Source: Polymyxa betae A26-41
Taxonomy: Eukaryota; Protista; Endomyxa: Phytomyxea
Assembly: GCA_003693705.1 (NCBI GenBank)
Contig: RBZT01000705.1
Span: 1-64,000, forward strand
Length of the DNA: 64,000 nt
Direction of reading: 5' to 3'
The notes beneath the pieces are model-generated. The model was not told the origin of the DNA and searched no databases. It saw only the letters and a program-made list of their open reading frames with translations. Positions 35,881-47,508 of the stretch are shown here, piece by piece; the first letter of the stretch is position 1; each line of letters opens with the position of its first letter. A program made the translations under genes and the position numbers.

Positions 35881-37250
35881 TCACCATTGGTCATTGTTAC
35901 TGTACTCGCTCCCGTCTTCATCATCATCGTCATCTTCAGGTATATCGCTTCTTACATATTTCCAGCCCTTCTCGTACTCCTCAGTGGTCCAATCAAGTTT
36001 CTTCAACATGTCGGCATGGAATGCATCGCCGATATCGTGTACAATTCGGTAGCGTCGCAAAATGTTCTTCTCATGGCTAAGAACCGAACCTTTTTCTAAA
36101 ACACGCTCCAAAACCGCCACGTATTGTTTCTCTGCCTTCCAGTGTAGTTGCCGATCGGCTAGCAGTTCTCCCGATTCCTTATGATTCAGTTTTCGGATGA
36201 GATCAGCTGAAATCGCACCCTGGACAGCCCGGGCTATGGCATCATCTGATTCGAGCGTATCCATAAGCACACCTCGAGGCCATGACAAAAAGATCGTTGG
36301 CTCAAGTGAAGTTACCGTCGCTGAAGCCTATTATGCAAATTGGAAAACTGATTTCAGAACTTACAAGACATACTCTCATAGCACTAGCTAAACGTAGACC
36401 GACATGGATGCCCATTTCTCCAACAAACTGGCCAGCACCAAGTTCATAAACTTTAACGCCACGAATCGTGACGGCAGCTCGCCCTTCTACAATCAGAATA
36501 ACATTGCGGTTTAATGCGCCCTCATAGCAGAGATGCGTGCCAGGTGCAACCGAATGTAATGTGGCCCCTACAGCGATGTTGGAATATAAAAGGGCGCCAC
36601 TCACATTTCTACCTTTGATCAGCTTTAGGAAATCCACCCGTTTCATCCCAGTCTGCTTAAGCAATCGATACAAGGTAAACTTTGATCAAGTTTCTTACAG
36701 GCTCAAACACCAGCTCGAAAATATTCAAATGGTCACGAGACATCGCACGAGCTTTGCGTTCTTCAGACAGCAAATAACCAATATGCATTCCATTAGTGAT
36801 AATGAACAGCAAGTTCCAATTGAATGGCAGCCATAACCTAACAGAAATCCTCAACAAAATCCGAAATGTCAGAGATGTGACAACAGTGCATTACGGTTTT
36901 CCATGAGGATGCCAAAAGTTAAATGTTATCATCGCCATACCAGCAGCTACAGCCATCAAACGAAGGTCAAGCATGTCCTTGAATCCATAAGAAGCAGCCA
37001 GAAGAACGAAACTTAGATGACCGCATAGACTGGAAGTCTATCTAGACTGTTATGCAAGGCGATTCGCTTGGCAATCGCTTACACTATAATGAATGCCAGA
37101 AGAACGGCCCGGTAAATATATCACTCTAGTCTTGGTCATGAAATCGTTCACACGAGCTGATAGTGATGGTTTTGTCGACATCAGACGATAGCCGAATGGA
37201 GTCGTCGTCAAGCGTGACGCTATCCTGGGATGTATCAAGAATCGGATCAT
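35881..37250 (-). CDS. Popeye-type membrane protein with cyclic-nucleotide-binding domain
   Basis: GHLSFVLLAASYGFKDMLDLRLMAV..LWLPFNWNLLFIITN (3 TM), GMKRVDFLKLI, LCYEG..VILIVEG..GQFVGEM..ASATV..SWPR. Confidence 0.85.
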
Positions 37251-37486
37251 TCTGCATCCAGTATTCGCAATTGATATGCAATGTGCTTCTGTTGCTCAAG
37301 ACAGACTCGTGATAGACAAAAACCCAACATCGATCATGAAGAGAGCGACATGTTATAGTTTGAGGGACGGAAGGCTGACTGGCTGCGCCTCGTTTCTCGT
37401 TACTTCCAGACCATCGTATACAAACCTAAACGTTACCATGACAGGCCTCGACAAGCGAATGATATGACACTTTCTTAGGTTTATAT

Positions 37487-39055
37487 TCAACTGGTAGTAT
37501 AGTCAAGGAACAATGGAGGAGAGTCAGGTAACCGAGCGGTCAGATTCTCATAACCGTCTTCCGTCACCAGGATGGTGTCTACACACGAATTATAAACATG
37601 AATTCCACAAAAAACATAGCCAAGAACTTACGCTCGAACTGAGCAGAGCGCTTGCCATCGATGGTGACAGCTGTCCAATCATCTGGCCAGGTCACATCAC
37701 GCCAGTCGCCAGCATTGATCATTGGTTCAATAGTGAACGTTTGTCCGGCCTTGCAGACTCCAATCTATTAACTGTTAGCACCATGGCACTTTTTCGTAAA
37801 AGCGCGAGCGCAAACAATCAAGCAACAATGGTTAAGAAAAACAGAACCAATACTTACAGCTTTATTCTTGTTATAATGAGGAACATTGGGAGCACAATGA
37901 AATAGTTCTCCGATACCATGGCCACAGTATGAGCGAACTACAGAGAACCCGGATGGAGCAATGGATTTGCTAATAATCGCCCCGAACTCCCGAAACATGA
38001 CGCCTGGTTTCACTGCAAACAGAATCAGATTTGAAAATCGGTTTCGAAATCAGTAAACATACCCTCCTTAATGGAATCCATCATCGAGTGATAGGATGCC
38101 TTCACCAATCGCCTACTCTCATCGTCGACATTACCCACAAAATAAGTCTCATTAAGGTCCTAAGCAAATATGATTTCAAGCATTAGAGTAAATTCTACAA
38201 ACGACGTACGCCATGAAACCCATTATGATATAAGGAGATATCAATATTGATAATGTCTCCATCTTGCAACGGCCGCATATCAGGAATCCCATGGCAAATC
38301 ACCTGAATCACCCATAAAACCTGGAATAGCATACTTCAAGCTCTCCTCATACCTCGTTCACCGAAGTACAGCACGATTTAGGGAATCCATGATAGTTGAG
38401 AGGAGACGGGTACGAATCGCGTTCGATACAGGCTTCATGAACGACGGCGTCGATCTCATCGGTTGTTATTCCGACTCGAATCGCCCTGGCAGCTACATCC
38501 AGCACTTCTCTGGCCAGCTGGGTTATAATTGTAAGACACTCCGATTGTATGAACCAGAGAGCGAATGCAACCTACACGGCAGACTTTCCTCATGCCTTCG
38601 ATTTGTTGAGGCGTCTTGACTTCGACGCGAGCATCGCCGCGACGTTGTTGCTCTCTGTCCGAATGTCAGAAAATAAGCTTTTCACTGTATTGAACCATAC
38701 TGAAGTGGAATGCCAGTATGGGCATAATCAGGTTTAGCGATGTGATTGGGAACCGGCCGATACGCTGAGACATAATGAGGACGTAATGAGCTCGTATACG
38801 CGAATTCTGTTTGTAAAGTGGATTCAGCGATCGGCAGGAGCTACCAGCAACTGTTCTACTTGGCGGAACGAACGATTTCGCTTTCAGAATGTTCTCTGCA
38901 GTGGCATGGGCGCTCTTGTGAGTCGCCCAGGCAGCTTTGAAGCACGGTTGCGAGCAGAAATACACAGGTGCCAGCTTCAACTGGATGCATTTCGGGCATT
39001 GCGAGGTGGCCGGCTTCTGGCATCCTGGAGCCGCACACAGATTGGACGACGTCAT
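37487..39055 (-). CDS. METAP1: Methionine aminopeptidase 1 with N-terminal C6H2 zinc finger
   Basis: [85 protein letters not shown]. Confidence 0.98.
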
Positions 39056-39699
39056 TTCTCGCCAATGAACGTCAAAAAGACGTCCGTCAAACTCCGCAGA
39101 TCTAAAAGCGATCCCTTTCTTTCTGGTTCAAATTCGCAATATCCAGTTCTCCGATTCATGTTTGGGTCAATAAAATCTTACTTAAAATCTACTTATCCAA
39201 TCTTTGAATGACCCGGCCTTGTTCTGCGATAGTTTGTCTCAGTATAGATTTTATTACGCAGAAGCAGCTGACGGTCGATATGAAAATTACGAGTAAACCA
39301 GCCTAATCATTCCAACAGAAGGGAAATGATCGCATTCGTTTGCAGCATGCTCATAACCAAAAAACTCCAAAGATAGCGTTAGGTATCCGGAACTACCAGG
39401 CTATGTTTGCTTCGGACGGACGCCGAAGATATATTTGCGCAGCGTTGCTGTCAGAATCTGCGCGCATATTGTCGCCCTTACTGAAACGATGCTTATTAAT
39501 ATATTTATCTAATATCTGTCTAAGACAGAATTCACGGTCTTTCCGAACTCAGCTGAAACATCTGATCGTCTGTGCTCACGCCCCATTCACTCCCTGCTAA
39601 GCAGCTGGCTCAGCGCCATCGGTTCCTGTTGCTCTCCGTTGCTGATGCCGATCCTCGTCCGCTGCTAACTACCCAACTCTCCTTTCTCGTTGCAGGGCC

Positions 39700-42600
39700 A
39701 TGTCGCACAGGAACCGAGCCGAACTCGAGGGCGTTGAGACCAGTCCCGATGGCCGATACATTCGGGTATCTCGTTTTTTTATATGATTCCGGCCACATTT
39801 ATAATACTGTATACGTATTCAGTTTGACGAAAAACTGGGTTCGGGTGCCTATAAGTCGGTTTGGCTGGCGTACGATACAGATCTTGGCATTGAAGTCGCC
39901 TGGAACACGGTCGACCTAAAGCGGCTGCCCGAGAAAGAGAAAAATCGCCTAAAAAGCGAAACCGATATTTTGAAGAACTTGAACCATAATTGTATTATTA
40001 ACTTTTACAATTCGTGGGAGAACGCCGAGCTCGAGCAGGTGATTTTCACAACAGAAATCGTGACTAGCGGGACCCTAAAACAATATGTCTCCCGATTCAA
40101 ACCCATTAAGCTGAAGGTCTTAAAGAAGTGAGTGTCTGCTTGCAGGCGCCGGACTGCCTCTTATCGAATGATAAATAGATGGTGTCGTCAGATCCTTCAG
40201 GGTCTTTGCTATCTGCATTCGAAAAACCCACCCATTATTCAGTTAGTTTTTCTATTGAATCTGCATTGCGGAGGTCGTTGACATATTGCAGTCGCGACCT
40301 GAAATGCGACAACATTTTCATTAATGGGAGTACGGGTGATATTCGAATAGGAGATTTAGGTCTATCGACGATGAGGAATGCCACCCATGCAGCATCAGTT
40401 CTGGGAACTCCCGAATTCATGGTCCGTTCGACGATGAATTTTGCTTCGATTTTTTTTAAATGTGATTAGGCTCCTGAGTTGTATGATGAGTGGTACACCG
40501 AGAAGGTTTTTTCTATGACTTTTATCGATGTCAACGTGCAGGCTGATGCGATCGTTTTAGGTGGATGTTTACGCATTCGGCATGGTCGTATTGGAGATGA
40601 TCAGCAATGAGTATCCGTATGCTGAATGTACAAATACTGCTCAGATTTTCAAGAAAGTCTCACAAGTGCGTGCGGCTGTTCCTGCTATTGATCATGTTCT
40701 TATTTTGATGCTAATACAGGGGATCAGGCCGGAGTCGCTAAATCGGCTTCAAAGTCCAGGGACTCGTGAGTTTATTGAGCTTTGTTTGGCGAAGAGCAAT
40801 GTTCGTCTGGCTGCCGAAGAGCTCGCCAAGCATCCGTTCTTGGATCCTCGATTTGTTGACTATAGGGAGCGGTTTCCTATTCCTTACGACCCAATTGTTA
40901 CCACGACCAATAGCTCGACTCCATTGGTAATGCGGTGTCTAAGTTTCCGAATAGTCGCTTATTCGTTTCAGGTCCCTGTTATGGAATTAGCAGCTGTTGC
41001 AGAACATAGTCAGCATTCTCTAGAACAGCGCACAAGTATCTTACCTTGCAGCCCTCGTTATGCTTATTTTGAGCTTTGTCGTAGTTAGTGAAGAAGAAGG
41101 TGAACAAGCACCCGAATCCAATGAGGTCAACTTTTTGGAAGTAATTCTAGAAAATACATCGGAGAATATCGCACGAGTGGTTTTGACTTTAGGTATAAAA
41201 CATGATCATCGTCTGCAATTTTAACTAATCGTTTAAAAGATCTCGGAACACGAAGAAAAGAGGTCAAGTTTCCGTTCGATCTGGGTTCTGATACAGCAGA
41301 AGCGGTTGCTATCGAAATGGTCAAAGAGTTAGGTCTTCAACAGTCGTCTGTTAACAAGCTCTCCGATGTCGGTTATCATTGCCTGCTGTTATAACATTAG
41401 TGACTTTATGTATAGGGAATCTTTGCTGCCATCAAAGACGAGAAGATCAAATGGAATCAGACCAAGATCCTGCTGGCTCAGAACCGAGCTGTTCTAGACA
41501 ACTATACGGCTACCGGACAGACTTCGACCAGTCCTGCTCTGAATACCAACTTAGTGCCGGCCGCAATACCTGTTACGAATACCGCTCATCATTCCGTCCC
41601 TATGCTGGGCCCGACTGTCCCTCCTGCATTTCCCACTCAATTGGCGCCGTCGTTAAAACCACAGCAGGCGTTGTCTGCGGTCAACACCTCCAATCCGTCC
41701 CTGGCAGCCAGTGCTGGGATTGTATCTGGGCTGGCCAACGTTCACTCTAATGTGGCTACCGATGCGGTAATCAAACTCTGACCGGATTCTCCATCGTTGG
41801 TTGATTGAACTTGTATTTTACAGCCAATGATCGATCCGTTTACTGGAACGCCTCTACAGCCATCTGCGTCAAACCATCCGGAATCGTTTCAAGTACCCGA
41901 GCAGGCGTCATATGCTGTCCAAGCTCAGCAGCAGCCGTTCTCTCCCGCTCCAACGGCTGGATATGCTTCTAATATCCAGTTCCAAGGACAGCCGCCACAT
42001 GTGCCAAATGCTGCATTCAGCAGCAACACATCGACACCAACCTACGTCTCTCATTCGGCGTCTGCAAATAGTTCGTTTCCGACTCCGATTGCGTCGACAT
42101 TACCGAAAGCACCGGCCTCACAACCTCACAAAACTCCAAGTATGCCTGCATTAGATTCTTTACTTGTTAGTGTCTCTTCAATGCCAAATATACAAGCTGC
42201 TGGTAATGGGGTTGCACCACCCTCATCATTTGCTACGACATCGTACCCTCAGGGACCATCTCCGCTGATATCTGCAGGTTCCTTTTCACAGACGGCGTCG
42301 ATTCCTTTCGTGGCACAGCCACCGTCATCATTCCAAAGTGCGACCTCGACCGCTTCTGTTGGCGGAACGAGTTCGTTCGGGAATGTTTCCTATCAAACAG
42401 CATCATCATTCTCTGCGCCTATATCTTCTCTCTTTCCGAATGCTGCCCCAGGCGGGACCGTACAACCCCCAAATATGCAATTAACGCCTCCTCAGCAGTT
42501 ACCTGCGAGTGCTACTGTATCGCAGGCGTCGGTTGCTTCGTCACTCACCCAAGCAGGCATTTCTGTCCCGACCTCTCAGGCCTCTTTGACGCTACCGTCG

Positions 42601-43875
42601 TCTCAAGCTTTTTCAACCGTACCCTCTTCTCACGCCTCAATGACCGCACCATCGTCGTCGTCGCCTCTCTCTCAAACCTCATCGGTTGCATCGTCGCAAG
42701 TATTGCCGCCTTCCACCACCCTGGTTATGACACGTTCCGATTCGATCTGCGAACTGGGCCGCTTCGATCCCTTTCTATCAGGCTCCCCGACGGGAACAAC
42801 ACAACCTCCAATCTTACCATCACCTCCTGCCGTTCAACGATTCGTCAAGCGTAGGAGTATTGAAGGTCAGCTTCCTGTCTCTGCTACGATCTTGCTTCTC
42901 ATCATTCACAGATGTGCAGTTTCCGGAACCGAATCCAGCAGCTAGCGAGGCTCCAGGTATGTCGCTTCTCATTTTTTCATTCAGATCTCAATTTACGTCT
43001 ATTAGCCTCAAACACATCAACTAACGCCGATAATGCGGCCGGCAGCGCCAACCCTAAACCAGCCAAAATCACTCCGGATCAAGCATTGGATATTTCCAAT
43101 TTCCTTTCCGGTTTTGATGTCTCACAACTGTCTCCGAATCAGTTAACCGCCCTGAGGGACTTGAGGTCACAGCTGGACGACTCAATTCGTATTGTAGTAC
43201 AAACGTGCTTGTTTTGTTGGTACTTTTTAACATATTTTCTGTTGCAGTTAAAGACCCAATATGCTGCAATGTATCGGGAAGCGGTCAATAAATACAAGGT
43301 GGAAGTTGTGGATAACTTGACAGGATGGGGATTTCCGATACCTCCAATTAATCTAAAAGTTCAGGTGATTTTGAATTATCGCTGGACACAATGTCTTATT
43401 GACGTCTTCCTCAGGGTTTGGGTTCGGCTCGAGGAGTTCAACAAGGCGCACCGAAGTCGGTCAATCACTTGTCTAGAAGGACGCGAGACGTTATCAGCCT
43501 GGCTCATGGATCATCTAATGATTTGATTTCTTTAGAGTCCAATCCAGCTGGCTCAAATAACCCTGGCCAGACGCCGAATTCGTAAGGGTTAATCGCTGAT
43601 TCCGTTCTGGGCTCCTGTTAATCGGCACCGTCAGATCGCTGCCTGCAATTCCATCTCAGGCCATGGATAATAGTAATCCCGACCATATATATAATCGTCT
43701 GATTCAACCATTTGCTCCGGCAGAATCGAATGCTGATTCTATTAACAGCAACGAGGTGAAGACGGGGAGCAACATCTTGGGCCTAGTACCGGGACCGGGA
43801 CCGAATTGGCCACCCAAGATTGACACATTGGATCCTTCAATCTGGGATCCGTCGTCTCAGTCTCCGTCGTCGTAG
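39700..43875 (+). CDS. WNK: WNK (with-no-lysine) Ser/Thr kinase with CCT-like domain and long P/S/Q/A-rich tail
   Basis: SPDGRYIR|[72 protein letters not shown]; 3' exons less certain. Confidence 0.92.
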
Positions 43876-44085
43876 CAAGTGTCCATAACTTTTAATTTAC
43901 CAGTTGCCTTATTAAAATATATTATACCAGTATGTCTGTTTTGGTGCCTTAAATCTGAGAGCGATCCCCGATCGTTGCCAGTACGATCCTCCAAGGCTCA
44001 GACTAATAGTGCGATACGGATCATATTTTCGTAAAAAGTTTCTTGGCCATGCTGGCCGCATGATCGCCCCCAGCGCTGGTTCCCA

Positions 44086-47000
44086 ATGTCGGCCAAACCG
44101 CAGAAAGAGAAACGGGTCACGCTGCAGTTCAACTACAGCGATGGCAGCTCGAACGAGGCCAGCGATATTCGCAGTCGACTTAAAGTCAGCCCCGGTTTGG
44201 TTGTTTAAATACGGCTCCTATTAAAACTGCAATGAACAGAGCCCGACCGAGATTGCAGATTTCTCGATGCCTGAGGACCTGCCTGAGCTCGAACGGGTCG
44301 CACAACTACTCGATAGCCGAAACGAACTGCAACGCCTCGCTGGCGTCTCTGCTGTTGCTCGTTGCGTTCCCGATTTCGGAGCCGCCGCCTTCATCTCACT
44401 GTTCAGAAGGTTCAGCCGCGCCGTTCAGCGCGGGGACGCAGAGCTCCAGCGCGAAGTCGATGCTGTTTACGTCGCCGTCAGGAATCACTATTGACGCTGT
44501 CTACGCAGGCTGCGAATACGCTCGTTAAAGTTCTACCGGAGGTCAACGATAGCGAGTTCCTGGTGGCGTCGTGTATTCCCTTCATCCAGAAGACGATCCT
44601 GAGCATCGATGGGACGATGCCGCAATGGGTTGAGGCTCTAATTGTTGCCGCCATTGCTGCAGATCGGGCCAGTATCGAATCCGTGGCGGCATTCGCTCTG
44701 CAATGCTCGGGCGCCGATCAATGTAGCAGTCTTCGGGCGACGGCTTGTCGCCTGTTATCGTGGCTGTGTACGGTTCAGCCAATACGACCCAGCGACATGG
44801 CCGAGCTCTTAGAAGCTATTCGTTTTCTGTGTCAGGATATCGATAAAGAGGTGAGGTCGGCAATGGCCTCCCAGCTGGCCGGTAAGCAAAGGGGCTGTAC
44901 TGAGGAAACCCTAAACCCTAAACCCCTGCGCAGCAGTCGCTAGTAAACTTGACGGGCAAGGACGCGAGCAGGTCGTCCTGAAGGAGATTCTTGAGCTGAT
45001 TGCCGACGAGGAAATCGTCGTCAAGGTCGGCAGAAGCGGATCTTAACTGAAACTTGATGATCGAACATGGTTCAGGTGGCGGCGTTCTCTGCATTCGTCG
45101 ATATGATCCCGTCTTTGACGTCGGTGATTGGTTTCGATCGTATTATGAGCAGCGTTATCCGACTCTACAAAGAAGCGGAATCGACGCCATCGTCTGGATT
45201 GCAATCGCCTCTACGTCTGGAAGCTGCCCGCCTGCTCGGTTGGTAACCCATGGCCCCGGTCGCTAACCGCTCTGAGACGTTGAGCCTGCAGGTGTGATCT
45301 TGCACCGGATCTCGCTGAACAACACGTCGTCTATGGCAATCCATACAACCTATCTACTCGATCTATATAGAACACTGCTACAAGATCCGGCTGCCTCTAT
45401 CAGGTCTTTTTCGTTTACGTTACACATTCAAAAGAAAGTTCATCAAAATTTTGAGGGTTCCTGATAGACCTCGCCTCTCATTTCTCTTGAAGTTTTTTCT
45501 GTCATCATTCTCATAGTTTATGCTTGAATGGTTGCCTTCAAATTGACAGTTGAGTTGGTTTTAGGAGACTTTGTGCATATAATATGCCAGCGGTGGTGCA
45601 GTTCTGTGGCCGAGGGCAGAATTCCAGCTATGTGCAATCGACGCTGATCGCCCTGGTTAGCGATACAGACCCGGAGGTTAGCACCAATGCTGGCTGTTCT
45701 GGCAGACATTCATGGTTTTAGGTCCGATTAACGACAGCATGTGGATTCCACGAGCTGTTGTCGTTGGTGGCGCGTGACAAATTAACCATGCTGCTAAAGC
45801 CATGCTTCTTCAAACTCTTGAAAGACGCCGACCTTCGCGTTCAGATCGCGATCGTCTCGCGAATTGATGAGGTCTGCTTCCCTGCTGCATAGACTGGCTT
45901 TCTAATGCTGCCACTGCTGCTGCTTCAGATTGTAGCTGCGTTTCGGAAATTCGAAGGCCATCAGGAGACGAATATGGCACTGGCCCCGATGGTGCCAAAA
46001 TCGCCTTTGAGCGACGTTAGCGATGGCCTTGATGCTGCAGAATCGAATATGAACTCTGAGGAGCGGATCCTTCGAGCTCTGCTCGAATACGAAACCAGGC
46101 TCGATCTTCGCTGGCGAGAGCGAGAGATTCTCTTCAAAAAACTAGGTCGGCTTTCACGGAAATGAAGAATTCCAAAGCGCTGCTTTGTAGTTTTAAGCAT
46201 GCTTGTCTTGACCTGATGAGTCCTTTTTCAGGAGCGTTGTGTTCGGTGCTAAAGCCGGAGCTGATCTTGCAACTATGGAAAGAGACGATTCTGCAGACGA
46301 TGCACAGCGACGCCCGGCCGGTTCAGCTGGCAGCCGCCACGACCTTGGTCGTCCTAATGAGACACCAGACCCGATGGGTGACCCGGATTGAGATCTGCCA
46401 ACACCTCATCAATGACTTCTGTCAGGTGAGCAGCCTCTTCCATCATTACAATCAATTTTTAGCAATAATTTTCAACGTTTCTGATGGGGGTTGCTCTTAA
46501 CATGTTCATTCTGACGATGGTGTTTTCAGTCAACAACCAGCACCGACCGCTTGCTGTTTCTCGATATCTGCCCGGTCGTCTCCGAGCATTTCAGTCGCCG
46601 ATGGTATCGTGATCGTATACTGGACAATGCCATTAGCCTCTCCGACGACGATGTGCCCGCCGTTCGCGCCCGAGCCTGTCAGCTGCTACCTGAGCATCGT
46701 CGACAATTCGGTTCTCAACCTGCTAGCGACGACGAGAGCAGTGAACGCTGCACGACGAGCGTATCGATGCTGGATAAGATCGTCGAGCGCCTCTCCATTG
46801 ACACAGATCAGTATGTTCAGGTTGGTTGTTCCACTTCATTATCGACCAGGAAATATGAAATTTATTAATTAGGAAGCGGCGCGTGTAGTGTCGAGAAATT
46901 TGTGCAATGCCAGCTCGGCTGATCCAAATTACGAGAGCGTCGATCGGGCGAAAGAGGCTTCGGAAGAAGCCGTCTTCCATGACGATTGCAGTAATTTCAG

Positions 47001-47399
47001 TGCTGATTTCTTTAAAATTAAGAAATCGGTCTCGATGTCTAGTCTTACCGACCCAGTGCCGACACCAGTGACAAAGCCTCCCATCACTGGGGCGCCAACG
47101 AAGGGATCGCTAACGTCGATGTCGAGCTCGGCTATGACGACAAGTGCAGCAATAAAGGCAAGAGCAAAAACGAAGGTAGAGAGAGAACTTACAGGAAAAT
47201 TTACGCATTTCTAAAGCTTCGTTGTGGTCAGGCCAGGAAACAAGCGTTAGAAGCATCTAAGGTAACTACAGAGACCAGCAGCGACTCGAAGCACGTCAAA
47301 GTCCCAACCTTACCTACACGATTTATCGGAAATGTGAGCAGCGTAAAAAGTCCAAAATCATCCCATAGTAGTAGTATCCCAAATGGAAAGAAACGATGA
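44086..47399 (+). CDS. HEAT-repeat protein phosphatase 4 regulatory subunit 4 (PP4R4)-like
   Basis: RLK|SPTEIADFSMPEDLPELERVAQLL, LCQDIDKEVRSAMASQL, RRLCAYNMPAV, VRLTTACGFHE, WRERE, RLLFLDIC. Confidence 0.8.
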
Positions 47400-47508
47400 A
47401 AATAAAAAGTCAAAGTGAGACAGAAACAAAAAAGCCAGGCGATTTCTCGACAATGAATTTAAAGACAATGCCAGCAGTGTATTTAGAACAATAGAGTAGC
47501 TTAAAAGA

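Noticed and set aside
39700-39920. Kinase lacking the subdomain II lysine (VAWN) as a pseudokinase
   Set aside because: This is the normal WNK signature; the catalytic Lys is in GSGAYK
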